Shown one piece after another: positions 47,961 through 62,217 of a stretch of DNA of 64,000 nt. The notes under the pieces are model-generated. The model was given only the letters and a program-made list of their open reading frames with translations. It was not told the origin of the DNA and did no database searches. This DNA comes from Octopus vulgaris. Taxonomy: Eukaryota. A program made the position numbers and the translations under genes. The stretch is from positions 42,594,001-42,658,000 of the forward strand of contig OX597825.1 of assembly GCA_951406725.2 (NCBI GenBank), read 5' to 3'. Position 1 is the first letter of the stretch. Each line of letters begins with the position of its first letter.

Positions 47961-50900
47961 ACAAGATCAACTCTAATTAGGGAGTTGAAAGAGCTTGTTG
48001 GACCTGCAATACACACACACAGATGCACGCACAAAAACATTTGTAGAAGTTTAAATGGTGAACAAGTATATCAAGGTAGGTTACTTTAAAGAAATGTAAT
48101 GGAAAATCTTGGGTGCAGATGTCTTGTTGAATGAACTGCATTTGAGAGTTATATCAATGTAACTGCAGTTTTCACCATTTGAAAATAATGTGAAGTATAT
48201 AGATTAGTGATAAGTTCTTGATGGAGTTAGATGTCTCTTAATTGTTTTACACTAAATTAATGAAGAAAGTAATTATCAAATATCAATTTTGCAAGACTTA
48301 GTGACATTGAAATTGAATATCAATCATATATTGTTTCTACTTTCATGAGATTTATGTTTATTAACCAGAAATCTACTATATCTCATCTTTTTATGTTAAA
48401 AGGTAGAATTATGGCCAATTTAGTTATTGAATCGAAGTAAGATTATTATATACACATTGAAATACAAAGAGAATTGCTGTATTCATTTTAAAATTAGACT
48501 GAGAGACTAACATCTCTCTCTACCTGCTGATTTCACCATGTACCCCAATGAAATCATTACATTAAAATCCATAAGAGATTAGTAATATTTATTAAAACAC
48601 CCACTATTATGATTGATCTTAAAATCTATACTGATACTGCTAAGTAATATAAGTTTGCTTTCCACGGGAGACATAGTTCTCAAACCTATTTTATATTCCA
48701 CATTTTATTGCACAAACCCTCACTGGTTTCTTTTGGTTCTAATTTTTTTTTACCTGATACTGGTTTGAAATGATATGGCATGCAAAATTACTTTCAATAT
48801 ATTTAGTGCTAATGTATTAAATATAATTTCGCAACCATAGGGGATTATTTTCTTTTGTCAGTTTTGTTTGAAGGAATAGTCTTTGCACACACTCTGAGAT
48901 TGGAGCAGGGGTCATCAATGTGGTTAATATTCTTTAAAAATTGTTTCAAGCTGATGGTTGCAGCAGAAAAAGGGACTGAAAACATATTAAAAAGGAAAAC
49001 CCAGATGAAGTTGTTTGTGAGGGAAGTGTGAGCAAACATAAAGTAGGTGATAAGAAAAGGATAGACAAGTGAATTAAGAGAGCTCCGGATGGTAGGATAA
49101 AAGCAGCAACTTCTGATGGGAAGAGGCCACAGTGGCAGCAATAGTAGAAGTAGAATGTATTTTAGATAGAGAGATAATAGCATGTCTCTAGTATTTTTGC
49201 TGGCTTGTGGAAGAGTGCATGTTGTAGAAAGTTATTCTGAATTTTAAGGTAGGACTGAGAAATGAACTGGCATTATTTCTAGAAATATGACTCAATATAA
49301 TCAAAAACACACAGTTTTAAGTGACAAAACATCACCAACAATAAAAACAAATAGCTTATTAGTTTAAAAAAAATGGAGATAATTAAGTCTCCCTAAACAT
49401 CATTTATATTTGTTTAATATAATAGAATCATTTCTAACCACACTCTCATTTAACCTTTACAGCAATATTAAATAAATGGCCAGTTTCATTAAATGAACAA
49501 GGAATCCTGTATGTAGTCACCCAAACTACTAGCATCAGCAGCCAAATCTCTTTCAGATCTTAAAATCAGCAAGAAAATAAATGAAAGTTTCAATTCAAAG
49601 AAATACACAAATTGCTATCAATATCAGAAAAATAGTCTCCATTTCTTGCTTCTGAAAATTAAAATTAAAAAATTCAACCCCTTTAAAGTGCTGTCTTGTA
49701 GGCACTCTATCTAATTAGCAAACAATCTATCTAATTAGCCAGCTTATGTAGAGTAAATTAACTGTTAAAAGTTATGAATATGATGCTTAGCCACAGATGA
49801 ACCCTGAGTAAGGGAGCTAATGATCAAAGGCATTGTTTTGTTTTTCTCTCCCATTTTGAAAATAATAGGATATGATTTGAGGATGGTTTTGCTGTTATTC
49901 TAGCAGGCCGAGTTTTGTATAGACATTCCCTAATTAGCAAAAAGGAACATTTTGTTACTACAAGGAGCATATTATTTATTCCTCATAACAAGGAACATTA
50001 AATTATTCCTCAAAATTATTCCTCAAAACATTAGAGACAGTAGGAATGCATTAAAAATGCCATATCTGCCATGGTTATATTTAGTTGATGTTTCATGTTA
50101 AATTAGAAATTAAATGAAATTTATTTTTCTAAATAAGTACTTTTTTTTCATCCAGTACATATTAACATGATTCCCTAGCATTCAGTTTCTTCAGATGAAA
50201 AGATTTACTTAATTGAATTAGGTAATTCACAGAGCCAACTCAGACAGGTCTTATAATAGCAAGTGTTATTTGACTTTATTTGAAAGTACTTCCTGTGATC
50301 CTGTCATATCAGTATTTAACAAGTCCAAAACAATATCTAATTGCTTGTTTATGGGCTTGTTCATTGCATTGACTGTGCAGACATCTACAATCATTTGCAA
50401 AAAAACAATATCATACTTTGTGTTTCTGCAATGGAACAGCTTTCCTAAACTAGAAAATTCTGCATTCTTTAAGTTTCTTGAAGACAAAGTGCAAATGTCT
50501 AATACGATTTCTCTAAAAAAGAAATTCGTCTGATAAGAAAATGTCCATAATCACTAGAAGAAAACATTGTCTAAGAAAATTGGTTAACTGATTTAAATTG
50601 ATTTGACAAAATTGGATTTTTGTTCAACAATCTCGAGTGTTTGTTTGTACATGTGTGCATCCATTTTATGAATGTCTATAGGTGAAGACACACAAATAAT
50701 TCCATTTGAAATCTAGTCATTAATATAAGATTAAAGCATTCTCTTGATTTTCAACATTTTTGTTGTTATGTTTTAATTTTAACAAAATCATAATCATTTT
50801 GTTTCAAATAAAATTAATATAGAAAATTTACAACTTCACAAAATGTTGCTAGTGATATTTGCAAGCTAAACTACTCCGATAACAATTCAAAGAACAATAA

Positions 50901-51344
50901 TGCATTTGGTACAAGTAATAAACAAGATTAAAAACAATATGATTTAATAAATGTGGTTGATTTAGTAAAATATCAAAAATGTATGTGCATGTGAGAGATT
51001 TATAAAGTAGTAATAACATCAGACATTGGAACATATTCTAAAAATTTAATCTTAAGACTGGAATCAAAGCACATTTAGTTTCAATAACAGACAGTTCATA
51101 TTAATTGAAAAATGCATGGAGTTATAGCAAGAGGAAATATATGAATTATAATATAACACTTGTAAGATGATTTTTTTAGCAATGTAATTGTTTTTACTGA
51201 TACCCATATTACAAACAACTAGTCATCTAAGAAGTGCAGTGGTAACATGGTGTACCAGTTTGACAAGCAACAATTATGTGTGCCTTTCTAAAAAGTACAG
51301 TATGCAACACAATGATCATAATAATGTTTAAATTCAATTTTTTC

Positions 51345-51742
51345 CTTTTGTTTCAATGACTGCAGGCATGCTCAAGTGAAGGGTTTAGATGAGAAAAATG
51401 ACCCCAACTATTTGTATTTTTATGTCTGCTACATATTGCATTAGACTCTTTTGTCAAATTACTAAGTTACAGGGATGTAAGCAAGCCAGTAACAGCTGTC
51501 AAGCAATGGCAGAATAACAAATATAGACACATACACATGCATGTGTGTGTGTATATATATATATATATACAGAGAGAGAGAGAGAGAGAGAGAGGGTTTG
51601 TGAAGGGTCTCTGCAAAGTTTCCCTCTGCCAAATACATTCACTAGGCATTGGTAGGCCTGGGGCAATATAGTAGAAGACACTTATCTAAGGTGTTACACA
51701 GTGAAACTGAAACAGAAACTACATGGCTGCAAAGCAAGCTTC
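51345..51742 (-). mobile_element. Decayed tRNA-headed SINE
   Basis: Reverse-complement tail, (TA)(GA) spacer, and atagtagaagacacttatctaaggtg...aactgaaacagaaac head. Confidence 0.7.
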
Positions 51743-52324
51743 ATGATTAAATCAGATTTTAGTCAGATTTTAATCAGATTTGCATTGTATAAAAATGAAA
51801 GTCAGCTACAACAGAAACCATACTAATCCATACTGTATTAATTTTGGTGTAATATTAAGGATAAAGTCCATGTCAGAAATTATGTCAATGAAACAAAATT
51901 GGCAATAAGAAAACTGAGATTTTTACAACTGACAATAGTCAGAAATTAATTATCATCAATTAGCACATTTAGATTCAAAAGTTTGATTGGTAAAAGAAAA
52001 AATGTAATGTATACTTATTACTATATCCTGGAGCTAAGGTGGCAACAAAAATTTACGATCATTTTTAAAGTTCATGCCTAAATCAGAAACATCAATGTTA
52101 TAAATATTGAAAAATGGCTTCAAAAAGAAAAGAAACTTGCTCATTAACATCACTCACTAAGATGGAATTATTTACTTACCATCAGAAAAATATGGTGTGC
52201 TTAAAATTATGAAACACACACATGGAAATAAACAAATGCATGCATGTATGTGCACATGCACACACACACTCCCACATACACTCACACTCACACACACACA
52301 CTCACACGCATACACTCACATATA

Positions 52325-53202
52325 TACAAGGGGGTATTTAAAAGTAACTGGAAATGTTCTCTGTGGGACAAGCCTATTGTAGTTTGGACTTCCGCCACTA
52401 GAAGCCACTTGATGCAATGGTCAGGCTTCAGTCTGCTGATTGGTGGCATTGGGTGAGGTTGTACGATCATGCAATGTGCTTTTGTTTTGCAGTGCTTCTC
52501 TCCTGTTTGTTGATTTTATGCAATGGCCAAAATGAAGGAACAGTGTGCTTCTATGAAATTTTGTTTTCTGCTGGGGAAAATGGCAGCTGAAACAGTTGTC
52601 ATTCTTCAAATAGCTTACAAGGATGCTGCTATGAGCAAACCACAAGCTTACGAGTGGTTTTCATGCTTTAGGAATGGTCACTTGTCGCTTGGAGACCAAC
52701 TTCATTCAGGGTGACCATTTACCTCCCAAATGAATGAAAACGTTAAAAATTCAGGATCTTGGAAGACAGTCACTGAACAATTAATGAACTTGTTGATATG
52801 ATTGGTGTGTTCTGGAGCTCCTGCTAACGGATTTTGAGCGAGGAATTGTGAATGAAAAGGTTTGCAGCAAAATCTGTGCCTTGCTTGCTCAGGAAAGATC
52901 AAAAGCAGTCATGACTGAATGCATGTCATGAACTGAAAGATCACTTGGAAGTTGACCTGGACCTTTTTTGAATGTCATCACCAGTGATGAAAGCTGGTGC
53001 TATGGAATTTGCAGATGTGGAAGAGGTGAAGAAAAAAAAAACAACAGAGGCATTAAAAGGTATCATTTTGCAAGAGTTCCAGCACTGCTTGAACTGTGGA
53101 AAATGCACTTGGACTGATGCATTGCTTCAAATAGAGATAAAAGTGTAAACATGTAAAACTAAATGAATAAAACACCATTACAAAATTCTGGTTTCCCTTG
53201 TA
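52325..53202 (+). mobile_element. Internally deleted mariner
   Basis: TA|caagggggtatttaaaagtaactgg ... ctggtttcccttg|TA (right TIR partly deleted). ORF MKEQCASMKFCFLLGKMAAETVVILQIAYKDAAMSKPQAYEWFSCFRNG, then AAKSVPCLL and ITSDESWCYG, fused directly to the C-terminus. Confidence 0.88.
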
Positions 53203-55363
53203 AAATCCACTTGCACAGTTGAAGCAGTATCAAATTAAAACACTACTGCAGTGATCTCTCAGGAAGATGCAGAACACTTGGTGGGAGGATCTTGCTCATG
53301 ATGTTCAGGCTGCTGCTGATGCAAATGACAGCAAGAAGCTTTACCATCTTATGAAGCGAGCTTATGGACCTAAGAGCTCCACATCAGCTCCTTTGCTTTC
53401 CAAGGAGTCTTCCAATATGTTTACTAAATCAACAGAAATCACAGGTCGCTGGATCGAACACTTCTCTGAACTCCTAAACCATTAGTCAGTTGTGGATTGA
53501 TACTATGAAACAAAGACCTATCATTGACTCCTTAGACTCCTCGCCATCAATACATGAAGTAATGACATCAATAAGTAAATTGAATCTTGGTAGGGCACCT
53601 GGAAAGGATGGAATTTGTGCTGAGGTCTTGCGATTTGGTGGTAATTGCATCACAAGTCCCTTCATGAACTTATTAGTGCAGTCTGGAGGGATGGTGCAGT
53701 CCCTCAGGACTGGAAGGATGCAATTATTCTTCCTCTGTATAAAGGAAAAGGAGCCAGAACAATGTGTGGTAACTACAGAGGTATTGCTCTACTATCAGCT
53801 GCTGGCAAGGTTCTGGCAAATATTCTTCTTACCCATCTGAATGGGTGTCTCGTAAATGATGTCCTATCTGAATCTCAATGTGGCTTCCGATCTGGTAGAG
53901 GGACAATGGATATGATTTTCACAGCAAGACAGATGCAGGAGAAGTGCTATGAGCAGAATATGGATCTTGTCCAGGTATTCATTGATTTAACTAAGGCCTT
54001 TGATACTGTATATAGGGCCTTTCTATGGAAAATACTTGGCAAACTTGGATGTCCGGATCACTTTGTATCAATAATTAAATCATTTCATGATGGGATGGAG
54101 GCTTGGGTCAATGTTGGTGGTGCCATGGCAGGACCCATTCCTTTAGAGAATGGTGTTAAGCAGGGTGACATCCTTGCCCCAACTCTCTTTTCTTTGTACT
54201 TTGCTGCTACTTTTACTCATGCTTTTGCTAAGGTTAGCTCTCTGGGAATATATGTCAGATATCGATCTTCTGGCCACCTCTTTAATCTTTGCCGATTTGC
54301 TGCCAATTCAATGGTTTCCCAGTCTATTATTCGTGACCTCCTTTATGCAGATGACTGTGACTTAGTCACTCATACACTGGATGACATGCAAATACTCATG
54401 AATTGCATTTCTGCTTCTTGCAGGGCATTTGGACTCAGCATTAGCCTGGACAAGACTGTTGTAATGTTCCAGCCTGCACCAGGAAATCCATATATAGAAC
54501 CAGCTATCTTGGTTGAAGGAACGATTCTGAAGGTAGTAGACAAGTTTGTCTACCTGGGCAGCACACTCAGCCGTTCTTGCTCCCTGGATGGAGAAATATC
54601 TTTCAGGTTGCAGAGAGCAACTAATTCCTTCCGGTCTCTTCAGTCTTGTGTCTGGTCCCAACATGGCATCGCAAGGAGAACAAAAGTTGCTGTGTACCGT
54701 GCTTGTGTACTGACATCGCTTCTCTACTCATGTGAGACATGGACTCTGTACAAACGTCAGGTCAGGGTCCTTGAACGTTTTCATCAGAGATGTCTCAGAC
54801 ACATTCTCAATGTTGGCTGGACCTCAAAAATTCCAGACACACAGATCCTGAGGACAGCTGATATCTTGAGTATTGAGGCGATGGTACACAGGCACCGGTT
54901 GCGTTGGACTGGATACCTTATTAGAATGGAGGATAGAAGGATTCCTAAGCAGATGCTCTATGGAGAACTTGTGAATGGAAGGAGACTCCGGCAGAAACCA
55001 AGGCTGCGATTTAAGGACTGTGTCAAGTCCTCGTTAAATGCCTTTGATATGCAGGACACTGACTGGGAGAACAATGCCTGTCATCGTCACAGAGGGCGGA
55101 AGCAGGTTAAGGAGGGGACCGACACTTTTGAGAGAGCACGTATCCAGCATGAAGAACTTAAGTGAGCTGTGCGAAAGTGCACGGCTCGTATAGTGAATGG
55201 GGAAAGCTTGGTCTGCAATGTTTGCAGTCGTGTATGCTTGTCAAGAGCAGGGCTCGTTAGCCACTAACGGAGCCGCAAATGCAAAATATAAGTTAGTCCT
55301 AGAGCGCACAATGTTCCTGAAGGTCGGCAATGGTCTTCCTCGGTCATGAGTGGACGGCCATCA
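53203..55363 (+). mobile_element. Young 5'-truncated RTE-clade (BovB-like) LINE
   Basis: Continuous LINE ORF2 homology across ORFs 53267-53485, 53490-53840 and 53645-55165, broken by only a few stops and frameshifts. C-terminal CNVCSRVCLSRAGLVSH zinc-finger-like motif. Short 3' UTR ending ggccatcat, followed by a microsatellite. Confidence 0.95.
53645..55165 (+). pseudogene. RTE reverse transcriptase (506-aa open segment of a disrupted ORF2)
   Basis: VPQDWKDAII, NYRGIALLS, ESQCGFR, FIDLTKAFDTV, GVKQGDILAPTLF, LLYADD, FVYLGS, LLYSCETW and RLRWTG. The endonuclease domain is missing and the upstream frame is broken. Confidence 0.93.
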
Positions 55364-55499
55364 TGTATGTATATCTGTGTGTATGTGTACACACATGTGT
55401 ATATATATACATACACATATATATATGCACTTGTGTACATACAAACCCATATATGTATTTATATGTTTATGCATATATACATCTGTATATGTACCTCAT

Positions 55500-55690
55500 G
55501 CTTGTTTCAGTCACTAGATTGTGGCCATGCTGGGGTACTACCTTCATGGATTAAGTTGAACAAATTGACCCCAGTACTTATGTTTTTCAGTCTACTACTT
55601 ATTTTATCTGAACCACAAAATTAAGGTGACATAAAAAGACCAGTACTGGGTTTACTGCAATGGCATGGGACAAACAGAAGCACACACACA
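55500..55690 (-). mobile_element. SINE 3' half
   Basis: cttgtttcagtcactagattgtggccatgctggggtac...ttgaccccagtactta. Confidence 0.75.
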
Positions 55691-55849
55691 AACTTTACCT
55701 GGCATTTCAGGTAACTCACACATACACATTATGATCATTGTGTTGCATACTGTACTGGTATTTCAGGAATAACAGAACTTCAGCTGTAACTGGAAGAATA
55801 TGAGGTACTAATAATTCAGCTGACTGGATTAGTGTAGGAGGGGTGATAT

Positions 55850-57390
55850 GGAGTAATGAGTATATGCCTCACTCCATTAAAGTTCATTAACTATTTAAAC
55901 TCTTTACTAATGAAACATGGACCATTGTCACTTATTGATATCACTGGTACCAAGATTCTTCTCAATTTCTTCAGTCAGGCTGTGGCAGCTACTGAATTCA
56001 GGATACAAACTTTCATCCATTTTGAGTAGGCATCAACAGTAATTAAGAACACCTACCCCATGAATGGAACAAAATTTACATGTACTCTTTCTCATGTCTG
56101 ACTGGAATATTCCAAAAGATGAGTTGAAGCATGTTTGAGACTGCTTTGATCCTAAATGCATACTTCACAAGCCTTATATATCATTTCAATCTTAGCATCC
56201 AACTTTTATTACTACATATAGTATCTAGCCAGAGCTTTTATATGTGCTATTCCTACATGAATTTAGTGTAGTTCCTGGAATATCATCGGCCTTACTTTAT
56301 GAGAAATATCTATCAATTTCTCCTCAGGAGCAACACCATCCTCATAACTCAATAACTCAATTCTTCTGCCTTGATAAAGTAGGGATTTCTTTTAGCAGCT
56401 ATTGTGCAGTATCCACAGCCATTCATTGTGAATTCATTTACCCGACTCAGAACAGTTTCTTTTCTGGTCTCTGAATGCATTTTGGCCACAGTAACAGGAG
56501 ATTTGATCAAATCCATTATATGAACGCGATTCTCTGATTTGGAATAATCACCCACTCGGGCATTCATTGGTAAATTAGTATGGCAGTTAGCATTACCAAT
56601 TGGAGGATCTAATTTGTAGTTGTAGACTGCTAGAAACAGTGCTGAATATTGCACTCAGAGGAGAAATTAACTTGTTTTCTAGAAACAATCTTAGCAGTGG
56701 TTTATGATTGGTGTAAAAGTTGAAAAAAATTCCCATACAAATAAATATTGATGAAGATTTTCAAAAGTAAACACCAGTGTGAGTCCTTCGTTCTCCCACC
56801 AGATTGACATTTTTGACAGATTTGCCTGCTATGCTGGCATGCAAAACTTTCCTTAATTTTGAAAGGACACACATTAGGAGGATGGTTGGTATTTCCACAA
56901 TGGTAGCATTCATATTTCTCTAGTAGTTTATGAATGGAATTTTCAGATATATCTCCTAGTAAGCCTTGCATGTTTTGAATGTCCTTGTAACACTTTGTGA
57001 CTGATTCAACTGCCAACAATATTTCGAGGACACAGTCTATTGTCAGTGTCCTTTCTCATTCAGATTCCCCCCACTAGTCTATCGCAAAGAGGTTCATTTG
57101 GTTTGCCCCAAAATTACACTTCTTATACATTTTTCTATATGTTGTGACATACTGGTTGATGATTTCTTGATTTGTTGATTTCATGATTTGTTCTTTAGAA
57201 TAAAAGCTGCTCATGAATTTCATTCGAGGTTGTGTGAATTTGTTTCTCCATGACTTTGATAGAGTTTGTCAAATGTTGTTGAACAACCATAGACAAGAGT
57301 ACAGTTTGTTTCTTTGTCGTTTTTCACACCATTGGCTGCAAAGAAAAGCCTTAAGCCTTTTACATAATTCATCTTAATGTTCTTTTGCTG
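55850..57390 (-). mobile_element. Internally deleted Gypsy/Ty3 remnant (gag joined to the RNase H end and integrase)
   Basis: gag: RLFFAANGV, LCDRLV, and the knuckle CYHCGNTNHPPNVC. RNase H end: ALFLAVYNYKL. Linker: SPVTVAKMHSETRKETVLSRV...PYFIKAEELS. Integrase: HVNFVPFMG*VFLITVDAYSKWM and ISDNGPCFISKEF. Confidence 0.88.
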
Positions 57391-57428
57391 TAACCATATC
57401 AACTTCAGTGTCTCAGATCTCAGTGCAT

Positions 57429-57466
<38 letters not shown>

Positions 57467-60400
57467 ACATATATATGTATTTATATAATTCTTTACTGTC
57501 ATATCTTATTTGTATTACAGATTAACTAATCATATATATACAACTCTGCTGATATGAGTCCAGTTTATATATTAATTTAGACGTAAAGCTCACAAAAGAA
57601 AATAAAACCTTTTGTTTCTATGTTGATAATTTTACTGGGAATTAATACTTCCACTACTGCCCAAGGTGTTTTTTCTGTCTGCTACACATAACAACAAAAA
57701 TCTTACATCACATTCTGCTCTCTTATAACATGTAATGAAACTTCAGTAATATAATTCTAAATATTCCTTAAATGCATATCATGATTGAATTGCTTTGATC
57801 ATAGTTTTACTTGATCAAAGTTGACATTTGATAAATATCAGTAATTGAAGTTATAATCTATTTCATATGCAAATACTTTATATTTCAAGTAAACACCTGA
57901 TCAATTTATTCAAGAAGGTATCAATCACAAGATAAATTATCTAAATTTTCAAAGTTCACCCATAAAATATTATTGTTGCCTACAAGGGAGTTACTATATG
58001 GCAACTATAGAAAATAGCAGTCAAACTTCATTTAGATCGTAATTTACTATCATAAAGAAGAAAAACAGTATTTTAGTCCAAGATACATTCCCCTGACAAC
58101 AGACAGAGTCTGCATAGAAAGAGTGTTTCATCAAAGGTATGCTGAATCAAAGCTGAGCTGGGGCAAAACGAAGAAATTTTTCTGCTTCATCTATGTAAAG
58201 GTGATCCAGAACATAAGATTCTGTGAAAAAGAACTGTTGGTATATTGCAACAATAATGTTGTTCTAAGTAGCATTGCAAAATACTTAGCTCCAGCTTGAC
58301 TGTGAGGCATAGCATCTTATGACATCATAAGTTATAAGCAAGGAATTTTCATATATTAAACAGTGTTAACAACAAACAAGATGAGAACAAATATCCATCA
58401 AATATAAATAATGTAAATAATATAAATAATTAAACAGAACTAGTCTGGAATTTTACTAAATTTATTTAAGAGTATCAAAATTTGAAATCCAGCTACAGAG
58501 GTTTTAGAAATCACTTAAGAATGATTATGTAGAGAGATTTCTTTTGCTTAATCTAGCTTAGTAAATGGACTTGGGCTCATTAAGTCACGCTAACAAAACT
58601 TTTCTTTATAGCCTATAGCTCTAAACTCTACCTATCCACAAGAACACTTTACATCTTTAAAGCTTAAAAAAAAAGCAATTTTAAATTCTCATTTCTTTAA
58701 ATCTGAGGCCTTGGGCCATTGCTAGAAATCAATACTAAATATAATTATATATGTACAAGTGTATCATTCAGATTGAACTAACTACAATAATTCTAGTTGA
58801 TATGTTTTTCACTTCAGTTGCTTAACCTCAAATGGTATTTCTGCAACAATCACTGGTTAAATCAACAACAGTCAAGAATTTATTAGAAAGCTCTACAATG
58901 ATATATCCAATATATTTTTTAAACTAAAGTGTGCGTATCTATTTTTTCTTTTTTTCTAACTCCTAACACATGGAGATCTATTGAGAAGTTTTCAAAACTA
59001 AACTAAGTTATATTGGCTATAGAAATGCCACTTTATATTAATATTATTATCTTATTTGAGGAAGGAAATGCATTCACGTTTAGGAAAGATGCCAAATGCC
59101 AAAATGTCAAAGATAATTGATAAATAAATAAATAACTACAAAAACAAAAGAAAATACATTGAAAGAAAATCTTTTATGGCTCTAAACAAAAATTCTATTT
59201 AAAATCCCTGGAGTACTTTTCTTTCATTGGCAATTGTTCTAGAGAAAGAAATAATCTTTTTTAGCTGTTATTTGTTCATTCACATTCTCATTTTTAAGCA
59301 GATACTGGAAAAAATCATCAACATTCACAAATACAGTTCTGCTTTTATTATAGTGTAAATAAAAACGAATTGTTAAAAGTAGAACTAAAATAGTTGCCAG
59401 ATGTTTAACTCCCTGTACACAACTATTTTCTTATGTATACTGCCACCACCTGAAACCATTGTATATTGATATCCTGCTGTCCTCAGCTTACATAAAACTT
59501 TTTGTTTGACACAAGGGTTCTGCAGCAATTTGAATGCCAGAAAGGTATCAACACATATAGACTTAATTTAAAATAAAGAGTGAATAGATATCTAGATTAC
59601 AGGAAACAATCTATTCAGTGACTGATAATCCTGCAAGTTTGAATGGTGAGTTGAGGGAAAGAGAAACTTATAATAAGCATCTTGCTAACTTCAGCTATTT
59701 TCCTATGCATTGAACAGAAGGGAAACAACTTGAGAACTGAAACTATCTTGCTGACTTCACTAGCCAAGAGCTTAATGCTATTATAAACTACTTAAAGTTT
59801 TCTGTGAAAAAACAAATAATTTTCCCATGTGTTTAGAAGTGGGATTCAAATGGAAATTTTATAATAAAGTGCAATAATTGTGCCTCTGACAAAATTTGAC
59901 GATGTGAAATAAAATCTTAATATGGTTCCATTGAGTTCTTTTGATAAGCAGAGAAATATTGGTTTATGACCATCCTAGAAGCTTTCTAAAAAGCATAATT
60001 AATGTGATTTTAATAATTATCAATGGCTGTATAAAACAATTATAGAATTATTAATTCAGTTTCAAGCCACTTATTTCTACATTCCAGAATACAGCTAATC
60101 TTATGAAATGAGGTCCAGTTCCAAAAATATTTCATTTAATAAACTGACACTCTTTTCAGAAAAGTAATTCTGTTTCATCTAATTAATAATATTGAAACTA
60201 TAAACAAATGTTGAACTTATGAATTTCTGTACTTTGAACAGATGAGTTCTGAAATAGTTCACGAAATCTTGCTGCATATATTTTCCGAAATTATCAACTG
60301 TTGCAAAAAGTAATCTCAGAAACTTCATTTCTAAAACAACTTCATCATCTGCAACAAATATTTTTATGAAATTAAATCATACTTCCCTATACAATGTATT

Positions 60401-61355
60401 AACATCTACAACTGTTGTATCTTGCTTAAGCTATCACATTAAAATATTTATGAAATATAAGATGTAGGTTTCTAATTGTGAATATGTAAATAACAAAGCT
60501 AAACTCACCACAAGTTTTATTGAGTCCACAGATATAAAGTTGGTGATAAAATAAATTATAGCAGAATTCTTTATTGAAATGTGGTTTCTATGGGCAGATG
60601 TTTTCAAATGTCTAATTCATAAACTGTAAAGATGAAATAGCAAATCAGATAAAGTATTCAACAACTTTCCCATAGAATGTAAATTTAAAGCTGTTGCAAA
60701 TATTTTGTTGTTTCTAAACCAAAGACACTTTCTTCAATACCTCACTATACTTATTCAGGTGTCTATTTCTGATAGTTATCTGAAATGGCCTCCTGTGCAG
60801 AAGAGTGGACATATTATGTTTCATTTACTTGATGCTATAAAATCACATATAATTTTCTCTCTTTTGAAGGCCTTTAAGACTAAGGAGGCTTTTTTATTGC
60901 ACTTTGTTAAAATTCATTAACTGATATAGTTACCTCATAAGGTTAGCACAATCACAATCACAAATTATAATTATAATTTTATAATCATTTTCTATACTGG
61001 TATGAGTTAGAAAGGCTATTTACAATTTCCCATATGCATTTTCTACTCATTATCAACATTTTTAAAAAGCAAACATAAGAAAATGTTTGTTTTGTCTCCC
61101 CAAATCTGCATCAAATAATTTATGCTAACTCCCAAATATGAATTTTGCATAGATAGATCATTATTTAGAACAAGGTTTTGTATAGATTTTGAAGCACATG
61201 AAAACAAAAGTAATCCTATTTTTATTGTTTTATATTTGTATTATTGAAAATTACTTTCTGTAAGCATTCCCAGGATCAACTAAATATGTCATAACGTATA
61301 ATTGCTACTATACTTTTAAATAGATTAAACAATATCTTTTAAAATTATTGTTAAA

Positions 61356-62217
61356 CAAAGGTGGGCACCATTAATCGAAAAGTCAACTTTGATAACTGTT
61401 AATCAGTTAATTCTTTAAAAATGTAACAGAAGTTATCGATAAACTGGTAATGTTAATTTTTATTATAGAAAAACAAAATAAATCAGTTTTTTTTCTAAAA
61501 CTACCTAAAAACTCCTTTAAAAAGTGCCAAAACTGTAATATCAACATTTTTTGGGCTTTTTTAAGGGCTTTAGAACCCCAAAACTATAGTTTATTTTTTT
61601 GCTTTTTTTCATAGTTTCGGACATTTTAAAGTTTTTAAAGGATTTTAGAGTCAGAAAATGGTTAAAAAAACTCAAATGAAACACAATATTAGCATTAACT
61701 AAAAACGTTTATTGATAAAGTGGCTGTAAAAATAAAGATAAACACGATATATACATAATTTAACTTTTCTTCTTCTTCTCATTCTCCATTTTGTTCACAA
61801 GATGTATGTTGCCCTTCATGAAAATTAGCATGTCAAAGTTTTCATCAGACAGAGATGATCACTTAGCCCTCAAAATGTCCTTGCCCACAGAAAACAAACA
61901 CTCTACTGCAGCACTAGTGCGGTGGCTGTGTTGAACTTGAACAAGTCCACCAACGCTTGCTCACCTAAGAGGGCAACCTCTGTCCGCAAGTCCTTGGAAT
62001 TGGTCTCCAGTCAGGTTTTGATCAAATCCTGAGCCTTGTCCTTGAGAGACTTGTGGCTTCTGCTGCTCTTTTTAGGCTGGGTGATGCCACTGAAGAAGTC
62101 ACCCTGCTCCTCTTCATCATTGCTGATCCCCAAAGTTAACTTAAAAGTTAAATTGCTAAGGAAAATGTTAACTTTGTGAATTAAGAATTAACGAATTAAT
62201 AGTTTGGTGCCCAGGTT
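61356..62217 (-). mobile_element. Non-autonomous hAT element retaining the transposase dimerization domain
   Basis: Ends caaaggtgggcacca and tggtgcccaggtt share the inverted core tgggcacca/tggtgccca, with subterminal ttaa/gttaac repeats. Minus strand 61805-61950 reads FKFNTA/TSAAVECLFSVGKDILRAK*SSLSDENFDMLIFMKGN. Confidence 0.85.

Noticed and set aside
50266-50640. Short coding-like minus-strand stretch (SSRNLKNAEFSS...; HSQCNEQAHKQ in another frame)
   Set aside because: No recognisable domain or splice signals. It may be an old TE relic but I cannot support that.
59400-60900. Possible fossil transposase or recombinase fragments (LADFTSQELNAII; YAARFRELFQ)
   Set aside because: Only short, ambiguous motifs on different strands, insufficient to assign.
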